Assembly: GCF_016433145.1 (NCBI RefSeq)
Contig: NC_058131.1
Coordinates: 555,157,831 to 555,221,830, forward strand
Origin: Gracilinanus agilis
Lineage: Eukaryota
Length of the DNA stretch: 64,000 nucleotides
Reading direction: 5' to 3'
Part shown: piece after piece, positions 12,312 to 24,110 of the stretch
How the letters are laid out: each line of letters opens with the position of its first letter
How positions within the stretch are numbered: the first letter of the stretch is position 1
Notes under the pieces: model-generated
What the model saw: only the letters and a program-made list of their open reading frames with translations
Told to the model about the DNA's origin: nothing
Databases searched by the model: none
Translations under genes and position numbers: made by a program

Positions 12312-13086
12312 TATGAAGATGGGATTGACTCTCCCCTTGCCTATTTTTAAATTTAATCAACCACAAGCTTAGATACCCCTACTTAACACTAAGTAGGGGA
12401 GATATGCAAGCCACTTACTAGAGCCGATGACAACTCCAGAAGCAACTGACTACCTCCTGGGCAGTGCTAAGCAAATTTAAAGACTGCAATTGGTCCTTGT
12501 AAAGTGGAGGAAGAGACAGGAAGTGATGTAAAAAAAAGGATTATAAAAGATGGCAAACTTCCTGTGCAACAAGGGTCTTCGTCCTAAATTTTCAGGTTGG
12601 AGGATCTTCACCTACGGGACTTTGCCTTGGAATTTCAGTCTTTAACTTCACTTGGACCTGGGACTCTGACTCTTGGACTGCTTCTGGTAAGACTGCTCCT
12701 GGATCTCCTCCCTTTGGAACTTCAGCCTGGTGAGTGAAAAGCTGACCTTCCTTTCCTGGCTTCTAGAGAGATTAGTTCCGGAGGGGCCTCCCCTTCCTGG
12801 AGGAGAAGTTGCTTGAACCCTTGCTTAATTCAACACCAAGTTCTCTGGCTGAGAGGTTAATGAGCCCTGTGTGGGTTGAGCCAGGGCCAGAACAACATTT
12901 AGGTTGATAAGCTAGACTTCTTATTCTATCCTCTTTCACATTTCTCTACTTTCACTCGTTCCACTTCTTTGTAAATAAAGCTGCTAGAAGTCATTTTGAC
13001 TTGGGCTTTATTAATTTTAAAATCAGCAACCACAGTATTAAAAATTCTCATATAATTAGTCTAGACCCTTAATTTAATTCCTTACA
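12312..13086 (+). mobile_element. Solo ERV LTR (family B)
   Basis: Homologous to 6726-7406. Ends CTTACA, TSD AATA on both sides, TATAAAA at 12542, AATAAA at 12974. Confidence 0.9.
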
Positions 13087-13893
13087 AATATAATAGCAGA
13101 ATTTTTCTATACTGCCACTGACCTTAAATTAACTTCCTGGTCCATGATACCTGACATTGGCAAACATTACTTGGCCTCAAAACTACTAACCCCACTGTCA
13201 CTCAGTACTTTTATCTCCTTATTTCTTTGGGGCTTTATCATAGGTACCATTAGACTGTGAACTTCCAGCATAAAGGGACTATCTTTTGTCTTTCTTAGTA
13301 TCCCCAGCTTAGCTAGCACAGAATAGGTGCTTAATAAATGCTCATTGATTGACTGGCAGGTTCTGTTTGCAGACCTGAGGTCTCAGCTGCTAATTTAAGC
13401 AATATGGGTCAGTCAGTCCACAAACATTCATTAAGTGCCTCCTACAAGCAAGGCACCATGCTAAGGGCTAAAGAGACAATAACAGTGTAAAAAAATAATC
13501 CCTGTCTTTAAGGAGCCCACAGTCTAATTGAGGAGACAACAAGCAAATGAGCAAAATATGTACAATCAAGCTGCGTACAGGCTAAATAGGACATAAACTA
13601 AGAAGAGGAAGGAATTGGAATTAAGAACCTTTGGGAAAGGCTTCCTGAAGATGGGATTTTAGTTGGTACTTAGAGGAAGCCTGGGAAGTTACTATGCGAA
13701 GAGGAGGAGAATGAACATTCCAGGCACAGGTGAAAGCCAGTGCAAAATTCCTATTTTTTTTTTTTCAGATGACAAGGATAACTGATTTCCTATGATTTCA
13801 GTGGTATAAGGGACAGGGAGGAGAGGAAACTCCCTCTGCTAGGGCAGGCAGGCACTTTCTCTACCACTTGGACTCTTGGAGAGTTGCCTAGAG

Positions 13894-14012
13894 CAGCCGT
13901 GTCAAACACAAAGAAGTATGGACAACTAATCTGTAGCTGCATATTAGCTTTAAAATGTAATGCCATCTATGTTTAATTGTATTTTTTATTTATTTTGTGA
14001 AATATTTAGCAA
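13894..14012. mobile_element. Degenerate hAT-type MITE fragment following a marsupial SINE fragment (13795-13893)
   Basis: Begins CAGCCGTGTCAAAC after CCTAGAG. A related fragment starts at 56100. Confidence 0.55.
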
Positions 14013-14494
14013 TTGTATTTTAAAAGGAGCGAGGAGAGATTGTATGGTGGGGAGTAGATAGTATATTTTAGGCATGAGTTCAGTGTGTGCAAAGGTATTA
14101 GAGACGACATGTCAAGCTTGTAGGAGGGGTGTTAAGCAGGCCAGCTTGGCTAGCATATAGAGTGAGTGAAGGAGAATAATATCAATAAATCAAACAAAAT
14201 TATTTATTAAGTGTTTACTATAGACTGGGCAAATGTGCTATGAGCTGAAAACATAAATACAAAAAATGAAACAATGCCTGCTCAGAAGGAGCTCATGCTC
14301 TAAAGGGGAAGATAAGTAAAAATATCTGTGCCCATGTTCTAAATAGGTACAAATATATGCTCACACATATGATAATATATTGTTTAAATTATATACAACA
14401 TAACACTGCATATTGTTTTATGTAATATATTATTTGCATTATATATTCCATTTATAATGCATTTAATATGTACATTATATCAGTAATATATTAT

Positions 14495-14688
14495 GGGCAG
14501 GTAGGTGGATAGAGTGCTGGGTATGGATTTAGGAAAACATTTTCTTGAGTTTAAGTCTGGTATCAGACACTTATTAGCTCTATGACCCTGAGTAAGTCAC
14601 TTAATCCTGTTGGCCTTGGTTTCCTTATCTGCAAAATGAGTTAGAGAAGGAAATGGACAATCATTCCACTATTTTTGCCAGGAAAACC
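14495..14688 (+). mobile_element. CORE-SINE with RTE-type tail
   Basis: Core followed by GAGAAGGAAATGG...TTTGCCAGGAAAACC. Confidence 0.8.
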
Positions 14689-14696
14689 TGGTTATG

Positions 14697-15185
14697 CCAA
14701 TGCAACCAAGATTAGAAGGGAAACAACAAACTGGGAAAACACTTTTATAATAAATTTCTCTGATAAAGGTCTTATTTCTCAAATATATAAAGAAATAAGG
14801 CAAATAATTTTTCTAGTTGATAAATGGTCAAAGGATATAAACAGGCAGTTTTCAGATCAAGAAATCAAAGGTATCAATAATCTTATGAAAAAATGTTCTA
14901 ATTCCCTCTTGATTAGAGAAATGCAAATTAAAACGAATCTGAGGTACCACTTCATACCTAGCAGATTGGCTAATATGACAGTAAAGGAAAATAAATGTTG
15001 GAGAGGATGTGGCAAAATTAGGACATTAATGCATTGCTGGTAGAGTTTTGAATGATCCAACCATTCTGGAGGGCAATTTGGAATTATGCCCAAAAGGCTA
15101 TAAAAGAATGCATAATTTTGGATCCAGTAATATCACTACTAGGTTTGTATCCCAAAGAGATAAAAAAAAAAATGGGAAAGGACCT
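14697..15185 (+). mobile_element. L1 ORF2 C-terminal remnant
   Basis: Translation includes DKWSKDINRQFS...IREMQIKT.LRYH..P.RLA...CWRGCGKI.TLMHCW, the L1 ORF2 cysteine-rich tail. Frame-disrupted. Confidence 0.95.
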
Positions 15186-15844
15186 TTTTCAGGTCCTTGT
15201 AGTAAATTATTTCCTCAGGGCTATTTAGCTTATTTTGTACCAGGGAAATTCATTCAATTTCCAAATACAAATCATTATTTATTAAGTGCCCACTAGTTTC
15301 CAAACATAGTGCTAATTACTGGGGATACAGAAAAGACAGTTCCTACTCTCAATTTGCCCAATTCTAATTTTTAAAGAATGAATTTCTTCCATGACCTTTT
15401 AATCCTTCTTTTCCATTTGGTCCATTCTACTTTTCATGGAACTCTTTTCTTTATTAGATTTTTTCACCTCTTTTTCTCCTAGGTCAATTCTGTTTTTTAG
15501 AAAATTCTTTCCTTCATTGGATTTTTGTGTCTCTTTTTCCAGTTGATCAATTTGCCTGATGAAAAGTATAAGTCAAATTGAATTGGTCATGGAGAAAAGA
15601 GAAGATTAATGTGGAAGAAAACAAATCTAAAGGAGCAGAAATCTCTTTAAATGGGTCTATAAAAATAGCTATGGAAAACTGCTTTTAACTTCTCTATAGG
15701 GAAATCTGCTGTAAGAGAATCTGGCTTTGTTTGCATAGCCCTATCTAATAACTAGGAGGTGAATGGGAAGGTTTTTAATTAACTAAGCTAAGTATATGAA
15801 ATTTAAAGGATCTCAAGTTGGAAGGGGTTCTTACAAGACAATTG

Positions 15845-16262
15845 TCAACCTGGAAAAACAGAGAACCATCAAAGTATTTACAAAAGAACAAGTGTTTTTT
15901 CAAGATGAGGGAGACAATGCTCTTATGGCCACCATACAGAGCTGTGCACCCACACCACACCAAGCCAAGCTCTGAGACTCTGGGAACAATATCTCCAGGT
16001 AAAAGTACTACAAATGGGAATCTCCATCATGAGATTTCCCAAGGCACTAAAGAAGTTGGGGTCTCATATACCCTTTAGGGAATATGGGAAAGGAAAGACA
16101 ACTGATTGGTTTATATGGAGATAAGGAAGATTCCAGCCAGGTGCTGGACTACCTGAGAAAGACCCAAATACAATGGGAGAAACTACTAAAACAAAAAGGT
16201 ACTTAAGATTAAATTATATCTGCTAATTCTATCTTGGATGAAATCAGAGTATTTAAGTATTT
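15845..16262 (-). mobile_element. Old solo LTR-like element (family A), inverted relative to the 1081 copy
   Basis: Reverse complement aligns to 1081-1500, for example CTCTGTATGGTGG..ATAAGA.CATTGTCTCCCT and GTAGTCCAGC. Confidence 0.6.
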
Positions 16263-16660
16263 AGGTATTTAAGTATCTCTAGCACTCCTATTCTGAGCAC
16301 TTGATGGGTGCTTGATGGTTTATTATTCCTTGTGGGACAAAGGTCTGTCCAGGAGTTTCTTGAAGGCAATTTCCCATGATAAAAGGGTAAAATTGAGTTT
16401 TCATAAAATAAAGTTGTCACAATCTACAACCTTCTCATTTGACATTCGAGGAAACAGGCCCAGAGAATTAAAATGTCTTGCTAAGGTGTGTGGAAAGTAT
16501 GTGAAACTTAATACTTTGCAAGAGAGTCATTAAAAGAGACTTTTCTCATTTATTTATTTATTTAAATAATTTAACTTTTTCAGTTACCTGTAGAAACAAT
16601 TATTGACAAATGTTTTCTGATACTTTGCAATTCCCTCCCTTCTTCCCCTGTCTCCTAGGT

Positions 16661-16863
16661 CAGTGATGGGCAAACTACAGCCTTTGGGTCAGATGCAGCC
16701 CCTTGAAATGTTTTATCCAGCCATGTGGCATTATTCCTAATCTGACGAATACAACGAGTAGATACAATACAATGAAACTTTGAAAGAGTTGCCTTAGAAA
16801 CAGACTGACAGATGAGCATTTCCTTTCCTTTAGCCCCCTCTTTAAAAAGTTTGCCCATCACTG
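16661..16863. mobile_element. hAT-type MITE, full length
   Basis: Perfect 15-bp TIR CAGTGATGGGCAAAC / GTTTGCCCATCACTG. 8-bp flanks TCCTAGGT / CCCTTGGT. Confidence 0.9.
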
Positions 16864-17292
16864 CCCTTGGTGTTAAATAGTTTGATACAGATTATATCAG
16901 CGCTTTCATGCCTTACTTATTTCCATATTCCCCATGTCTTGAATGAAGACACATATGGAAAACATAAATTAATATCAATAACTCCAGGTTCTTATTTTTC
17001 CATAGAGTTTTATTAATAATCACTAAAGACAGAGAAAACGGATTGAAATCTAATCTAACCTAACTCTGGCCATGTGGTTCTCCACATGGTTGACTGACTC
17101 AGCCATGGTGCTTCACTGCCGCCTGAAAGGAGAGAGAGAGGCAGGGTCACACCAAAACTTTACCCTATGTACCTGGGCACACAGTGTTCGCATTAGATGT
17201 GAGCACACAAATGGGATGCTGGATAAGAGAGTCCTGGGGAGCAAATTCTATCCACACACATATCACATATACAATGAAAAACCCATGAAGAA

Positions 17293-17492
17293 GGGGCAGC
17301 TGGGTTGAGAGCCAGGCCTAGAGACAGGAGGTCCTGGGTTCAAATGTGACCTTGGACACTTCCTAGCTGGGTGACCCTGGGCAAGTCACTTAACCCCTGT
17401 TGCCTACCCTTACCACTCTTCTGCCTTGGAGCCAATACACAATATTGACTCCAAGACAGAAGGTAAGAGTTTAAAAAACAAAACAAAACAAA
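17293..17492 (+). mobile_element. Mar1-like CORE-SINE
   Basis: Full length, with TSD-like AAAACCCAT(G/A)AAG. Confidence 0.9.
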
Positions 17493-17994
17493 AAAACCCA
17501 TAAAGGAAATAAGTGAAGGATGGTATACTTGGCTATAATCAGATTCCAAACCTTCTTTGGTTGTGGATAGTGGGTTTTGTTTTGTTTTTTTAAATCAGGA
17601 GTCCATTGGGGTTATCTTGGAACCATATTTTGTAGATAATAGTTTAGTCCTTCACAGTTTATCATCAAACAACATTTCTGTTACTGAATACACTAATTCT
17701 CCTGGTTTTGCCTCACTTTACTTTGCCTCAGTTCATATAATTCTTCCAGATTTTTCTGAAATCATCCTGTTCATTATTTCTTATAGTGAAATAGTTTTCC
17801 ATTACAATCATATACCATAGCTTGTTCAGCCATTAACAGAGACTTTTTAACAATTATACCAAAAAAGGGCAATTGCATATAGATTTATTATTTGTCTGGT
17901 ATTTAGATATCCAACTCAATAACCTATTAGCGTGGATTCCCTCAAATCTGGAACTAGGATAGGAAGCTGGGACTTTGTTGTAGGTGACCTATAT

Positions 17995-18304
17995 TTTATT
18001 TTATTTTAATTTTTTACCAATTACATGTAATTAACAAATTTCCACACAAGTTTTCCTAACATATGATTGAACTTATCTCCCTCCCTCATTTCCCTTCCCC
18101 CTCCTGGTGCTGGCAGGCAATTGGATCTGGGTTATACATGTATTTCCATGCAAAACATATTTCCATATTATTCATTTTTGTGAGTAATCTTATAAAACTA
18201 AAATCCCAAAACATAAACCCAAATTAACAATTGAAAAAAATCATATGTTTTTATCTGCATTTCTACTCTAATAGTTCTTTATTTGGAGGTGGACAGCATT
18301 TTTT
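17995..18304 (-). mobile_element. Older L1 3'UTR fragment
   Basis: T-rich tail followed by L1 3'UTR motifs shared with 5074-5300. Confidence 0.8.
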
Positions 18305-18314
18305 GGGTGATCAA

Positions 18315-18616
18315 CTTTTTTTTAACATTTATTAATATTCGTTTTTAACATGGTTACATGATTCATGCCCCTACTTTCCCCTTCACCCCCTGCACCCCCC
18401 ACCCACCCATGGCCGATGCACATTTCCACTGGTTTTATCATGTGTCATTGATCAAAACCTATTTCCAAATTGTTGGTAGTTGCATTGGTGTGGTAGTTTC
18501 GAGTCCACACCCTCAATCATGTCCACCCCAACCCATGCGTTCAAGCAGCTGTTTTTCTTATATGTTTCCTCTCCTGCAGTCCTTCCTCTGAATGTGGGTA
18601 GTGTTCTTTACCGTAA
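18315..18616 (-). mobile_element. Younger 5'-truncated L1 insertion
   Basis: Poly-T tail at 18316. 10-bp TSD GGGTGATCAA (18305-18314 and 18617-18626). Confidence 0.9.
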
Positions 18617-20516
18617 GGGTGATCAATATTTTTAAAAAGGACTCTAAACATGAGTTTTGTGCTCCTATTTTAAACTTTCAATAATTATATTTTAATATGA
18701 TTGGTTTCCTTTTCAATCCCATGTATTTCAGTTTATGCCTTTAAAAACATTGAGTGCCACTAGACTTTCACTTTTAAAAAAGCCTAAAAATAAAAATAAT
18801 AAACTTAAAAGATTATGCAACTAAAAAATTTTGTAAATTTTAAATTTACATGTTGATAGTATAATGTTTTTTTTAGCAGCATAGAAACACCCAAGTTTCT
18901 ACTTAGCAAATAAGCTACTGGGTAGTTCTTTTAATAATATGAGCCTTTTAGGAGCTCTAATTTCTTCTCATAAATGTATTTGTTGTCATTCTTTCTTGTA
19001 TAATTTTTGTACTATTAAGAATTCTTTTTATTTAAGTAATCCTTTTTTGCTATTTGCCCAGACTGCCAGAATCATTGCTTATAGTTCTAAGATTCTCTAC
19101 CATCTCTGCTTGTAAAAATGTCTTTCTTCCAAGCCCAGCTCAAGTTCTACCTTCTTCCCAGAGATTTCTCTCATTCCGGTGGCTAGAGGTGATCCCTCTA
19201 TCTTTGAATCTTTCATATCCTTGTGGCCCCTTTTATATGATTTTTCATATTCCAATGTATATTGTAGATGCCTGTTTATATATCTTATTCTGAAGACGTA
19301 CAGATTTTGTATTGTCATTTTTGGATCCCCAACACCTAGCTCATTCAAATAATAGGAGCAGAGTACAATGGGAAAAGGAATGAACTTGGAGCTATTGGAT
19401 CTGAGTTTGAATCTTGGCCCTACCATTTACTATCATCTGTGTGTTCTTGGGGAAGTTACTCTTTCTGGGCCTCTATTTCCTTGTATGAAAAATCAGATTG
19501 GACTAGATGATATGAGTTTCTTACAATCCAAGTCTAGGAACCTATGAACACTTAATGCTTGTTTAAGGCAGGACTTTTCTCTTTTATACTATTTACTTTG
19601 TAATTCCTTACAGTATATAGAATATGTCATTAAGTAATTCTATCAAAAAATTTGCTAAAGTATTTTCTATAATTATATAAAATATTTTCTTTCATTTTCT
19701 ATAAAAGTGGCAGTTTACAAAAATGTATAACATATTTAATATTGAATATCAATATAAATGATTAAGCATACTTTGTAATAGTTTACATTTACCTTATTTT
19801 TAACATAAAATGTCCTAACTTGTTAAACAACAGCTCTATCTTCACTCAGGATTCTTTATCTATTGTCTATTTTTCCTTCCCTTTCATGCAGTTGTAGTAA
19901 GTTATATATTTCATTCTTTTTTTAAAAATTCATTTGATGTCTCATTTCATAAATATGTTTATATTTTTAGGCAGGTAGGTAATGCGAGTAGATAGAGGGC
20001 TGGGCCTGGAGTCAGGAAGATACTTAGAAAAAGACAAACTCATAGTCAGGGGCAGATGAAGGCATTATTTCAGTCTAGCAAGAATGGACACCTTCCAGGA
20101 TATAAGGCTAGGTGCAAAGTGCTCATTTTAGCAAGAACTTTTTTATCCTATTCCTAACATGCAGAAATCCCTCCCCTCCATTCCTCATAGTCTTCATGAA
20201 AGAATTCTACCTAAAAAACCCAGAGTATGAATCCCCCTCCCATTACATACATTTTCACATGTGGCAAATGTATGTGGCTGCCAAATCCTGCCCAGAAGTG
20301 GGAAGAGAATATTCATTAGCTTCATTAATACCTATTAAGCATGTGAAATAAGGATTGGGTTCACCTTCAGGCCTCATGGTTGACTCTAGATGTTTTTAAC
20401 CTGTTCCAACTGCCCCATGGCCCTCTCCCCGTTCCTATTTCTTTCCTTGATCATTATCTTGTTTGAGAAGAGGCACACCCTGCTAGGTCTTACAAACCTT
20501 GGGCCACAGACCCTTA

Positions 20517-21040
20517 TTAGTTATGTATACTTGGGCAAGTCACTTGACTGCCTCAGTTTCCTCATCCATAAAATAGAGATAATAGTACTCTCAGTCCTCT
20601 GCCTGCAGTTGTTGTGAGGATCAAATGAAATAACTGTAAAGTGCTTAGCACAATGCCTGGCACATAGGAAGTACAATATAAATATTAGCTATTGTTTATT
20701 TTAATTACAAGGAATACCATCTGCTTACCTTCCCATGCTTGAAGTGCTCTCTCTCCTCTTTGCTGCTTCCTGGTTTCCCTTGGCTTCCTACAAGTCCCAA
20801 CTAAAATCCCACCTTCTATAAGAGTCCTTTACTGATCCTTCTTAATAATGGCTTTTCCTCTGTTGATTATTTCCAATTTATCTTGTCTATCTTGTTAGTA
20901 GATAGTTGTTTGCATGTTATCTTTCCTTCTTTTAGGGGAACTCTTAAGTGCCTTGAGAACAAAGACTGTTTTTTGCTGTTCTTTGTATCCTGTGTTTAGA
21001 ATTGTGCTTGACACATAGTAGGTTCTTAATATTTATTGAC
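20517..21040 (+). mobile_element. MIR (20517-20695) followed by an L2 3' end
   Basis: MIR core GGGCAAGTCACTT...CTCAGTTTCCTCATC and tail GTAAAGTGCTTAGCACAATGCCTGGCACATAG, then an L2 tail. Confidence 0.8.
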
Positions 21041-22599
21041 TATTACATTAATGTAAAGGCAGTTTTCTATAAGCATCTTATTTCAGAACATAAAAATATC
21101 TTTGATTTCATTAGTGGGAATGTTGCCTCCATTAATACAAATTAAAAATCCTCCACAAAGATAGATCATTTTGTGTTTTGTTTTTAAAAAGGGGAATGAC
21201 TGAACTGAAGGCCTGCTTATAGACAGTATATGGTCAATGAACCAGCCCAAGTTCAGATAGGCTCATTGCAAGAAGTTTGGTCACCATGTGATTTGTTGTT
21301 TTTTTGATGATGGTGGTGGGATAAACATATGTGTCTTATTGGAAGGAAAAATATTTTTTCTAAAGATTTCTGACAAAATGTGCCAATGTTCTTTTTTCTC
21401 CTTAATGAATTATATGTGTCAATAAAATAAAAATGATTCATAAGCTTCTCTAGTTTCCTTTTTTCCAGTTACCTACATTTTCCAAACTAGCATTAATATT
21501 TATTTAAGACTTTTACCTTCTGTCTTCCTATCAATTATAAAATAGAAGAGCAGTAGGGGGTGGGTCCACAGCTAGGAGGTATCTGAGGTCAATTTTGAAC
21601 CCAGGTCTTCCTGACTTGAGGTCTGGTGCTCTATCCACTGTATTATCTAGCTATCCTTAAATCTGAAGTTTAAAAGGAGGTTTGATTGTATTTGAAATAT
21701 TTGGTGTATATAGTAAAAGTTCTTTGCACAAAACTCAATCAACAAATACTTAAAGAGTTTTACATGTGCCAAGGGACAATGTACTCCTGCTCTCTCTCTC
21801 TACAGCATATAAAAATGGTAAATAAAAAGTAATCTTTGTACCCCTCACACTTCACAAGTTGAAGTATTGTTTTCTGTTTATAAGAAGTCTTATGGAAAAT
21901 AGAAAATAAATACATCATTTAAGTCTTACAGTCTCATTTCCTCCTTCTAACCCCTATTTGTGTTGGTGTATGTGTGTATTGTTTCTGAAAAATTAAGTTG
22001 ATTTATTCTAGCATTTATGGAGTACCTTTGTAAGTAAGGTACTCTTGGAAGATACAAAACCAGAATGAAACCAGATCTTTGCCCTGAGGAAGTTTACAAA
22101 CTACCAGAGGAAATAAGGAGTGCAGAACACAAATATATGCAAAACCTCCTGGCTATCAGGAAAGATAAACTGCTTTGGGAATTCAAAGGGGCCACCAAAA
22201 CGATCTTACTCCCCACCTCTGGGTGGGGGTGGGGTTAAAGAAAGGCCTTTCTCAAATGTGCAATGAACATGATCAGCTTTTCAAAAGGCATTTCTGAGTG
22301 AGAATTGCAGTGCAGCGTGGCCAAAGGCACACAGGATTCGAAGCATTGAGAAGAGCTTAGTATATGGCTAGAGATAGGACATCCTCAGCAGATCGGGCTG
22401 GTAAGGTAGAGAATCCCTCCCCTCCCCCCCATTTTGTAGGGCCTCGATTATATCACTGGGTAGGATTTTGGAATTCATTATAGAGGCACAGAAGGTCTTG
22501 GAGCTGGAGAAACCGAATCGTACTTGTGAATCAGGAACATTCAGTTTTGGGAAGATCAGGTTTAGGGTGGGGTGACTAGAGGTAGCACAATAAAATCCG

Positions 22600-24110
22600 G
22601 CGCCACGCATATAGGAGTATCAGAGTAGTTGGATGTAGGAGAAGAGATGGAAAGACGACAGCTTAGACTCATGGGAAACCGTAGGCTTCTAGATTGCTCA
22701 GGTCGGCACGTCATTCACAGCAATGCTTTACTCGTACACATGCGGCCTTCGAAGTTTTCCCTCAAGCTCTTTCCCGCCGTCTCAAGCCGGTGGCCTAGGA
22801 TGTCCGGCGGCTGGGAGGCGCGCGCACTAAGTACAGCGAAAGGCGCAGAAGAAGGGGGAGGGGAAAAGTCGAGAGCTCTGCGCCAGTTAAGGAACCTCAC
22901 AACTGCCCCAGAACGCCGCGGGAATTCTGAGAACGGGGCGGGCCTTCGAACTCGCGCGCTGAGGGGAAAGAGGTCAGGAGGGGCTCCAATCAGAGCTCAC
23001 TTGTAAAAGCGGTGAATACCCGGATGTGAAGTACTGCGCGGATACAAAGGCAAGTTTCTCAGCTGCCTCGTCGTGCGGTCCAGTGACCAATGAGCATCTT
23101 CTTCTGAACAAGTGACAGTACTGGCAGCCAATGAAAGACTAGTTTCTTCCTCAGGTGCGGAATCACTTTCATATAGTCTAACCTACCCATGGTTTCTATT
23201 GGACAGAACTGTGAAAAGCAGAAGAACAGTCTAATCAGGAGTAAGGACTGAGAGAGGAATTAGCCAATAGAAAGGTCTCCAGGAGTGGGGCGGAGGTCTC
23301 GGTTTTCGCGGTGTCGGTGGACGAGACGCGGGGGCCATTTTGTGAGGAGACGGAGACGGGGACGGAGAAGTAGTAGTAGCGGTTGAAGAGGCGATCTGAA
23401 GCAGCAGTCCATTTCTTTACAGATCGGGGAGGCGGAGATTCAGAAACCAACCTTTTCTCCCTCTCCCCACCGGGTGAGTGGTAAGAGTCAACCTGGGAAA
23501 GATTGGACCCTTGGAGAAAGCAGGGCGGGGGGAGGGGGACGGGGGAGGAAACCTGAGGGAAGAGGCGCAGAATGATTCCCTCCATGATAATAGCGCGGCC
23601 CAGGCTGACTTTACACTGGCGCGGGGTGAGTCTTTGGGAGGGTGGGGGGAAAGAGATTCGAATTGACCTCAACTCCATCGTGGGTTCAACATAGTTCCAG
23701 AGACCCCACAAGCATGTTCTATAACGGCTCTCGGGAGTAGAAAATACCATCTCTCCCCTCAAATTATTCTTAATTGTTTGCTTTCCCCCACTGTGGTAAC
23801 GGTTGCCGGCCGCCTCCCCTGAATACGATAGTGGCGACTCCCGGGAGAGACCACGAGACGGCGGAGAAAGAAGTGGGGAAGGAGGGTGGGAGATGCTCAT
23901 AATATGGATGAACTTGTTCGTGACGCTGTTTTCCGCTTCCAGTAGCTTTAATCCTCTTTTCCTTTTTCTCCCTAATTAAAGATTGGAAAGGGGGCGGGTT
24001 ACCCTGGAGATTTCTCAGTTCCATTCAGGTCCCTTAAATCCTGGAGATGGGTGGGGGTTAGCGGCCGTGTGGAGTGTGGCGTGGAGAAAGATCAAAACAC
24101 ATTTTGGCGA
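22600..24110. promoter_or_regulatory. HNRNPC: CpG island / TATA-less housekeeping promoter of HNRNPC
   Basis: The only CpG-dense stretch in the window. CCAAT at 22986, 23087, 23128 and 23264; ATTGG at 23198; GC box GGGGCGGAG 23287-23295; YY1-type GCCATTTT 23334-23341; ETS-like CCGGATGT 23020-23027; CRE-like CACGTCA from 22707. Confidence 0.9.
23300..23473 (+). other. HNRNPC: HNRNPC non-coding exon 1 (5' end approximate)
   Basis: Lies in the CpG island downstream of CCAAT/GC boxes. Contains GCCATTTTGTGAGGAGACG, GCAGCAGTC and a CTCC-rich end resembling the mammalian HNRNPC leader (recalled). Donor CGG|GTGAGT with GT at 23474-23475. Confidence 0.85.

Noticed and set aside
6726-13086. Two same-family, same-orientation LTRs 5 kb apart looking like a full provirus
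   Set aside because: Each LTR has its own TSD (CAGT vs AATA), they are clearly diverged from each other, and the interval holds SINE/L2/MITE sequence with no gag/pol/env. They are independent solo LTRs.
14675-15296. 122-aa and 82-aa ORFs as a possible gene
   Set aside because: They are frame-broken L1 ORF2 tail.
17070-17089. Perfect 8-bp hairpin CCATGTGG-TTCT-CCACATGG
   Set aside because: Too short for a pre-miRNA or structured RNA call, and such stems occur by chance.
23235-23900. 221-aa minus-strand ORF, and 125-aa ORF 22629-23006 (+), over the promoter
   Set aside because: Long ORFs are expected in GC-rich CpG islands. The peptides are Pro/Ser/Arg/Gly-biased with no recognisable domain.
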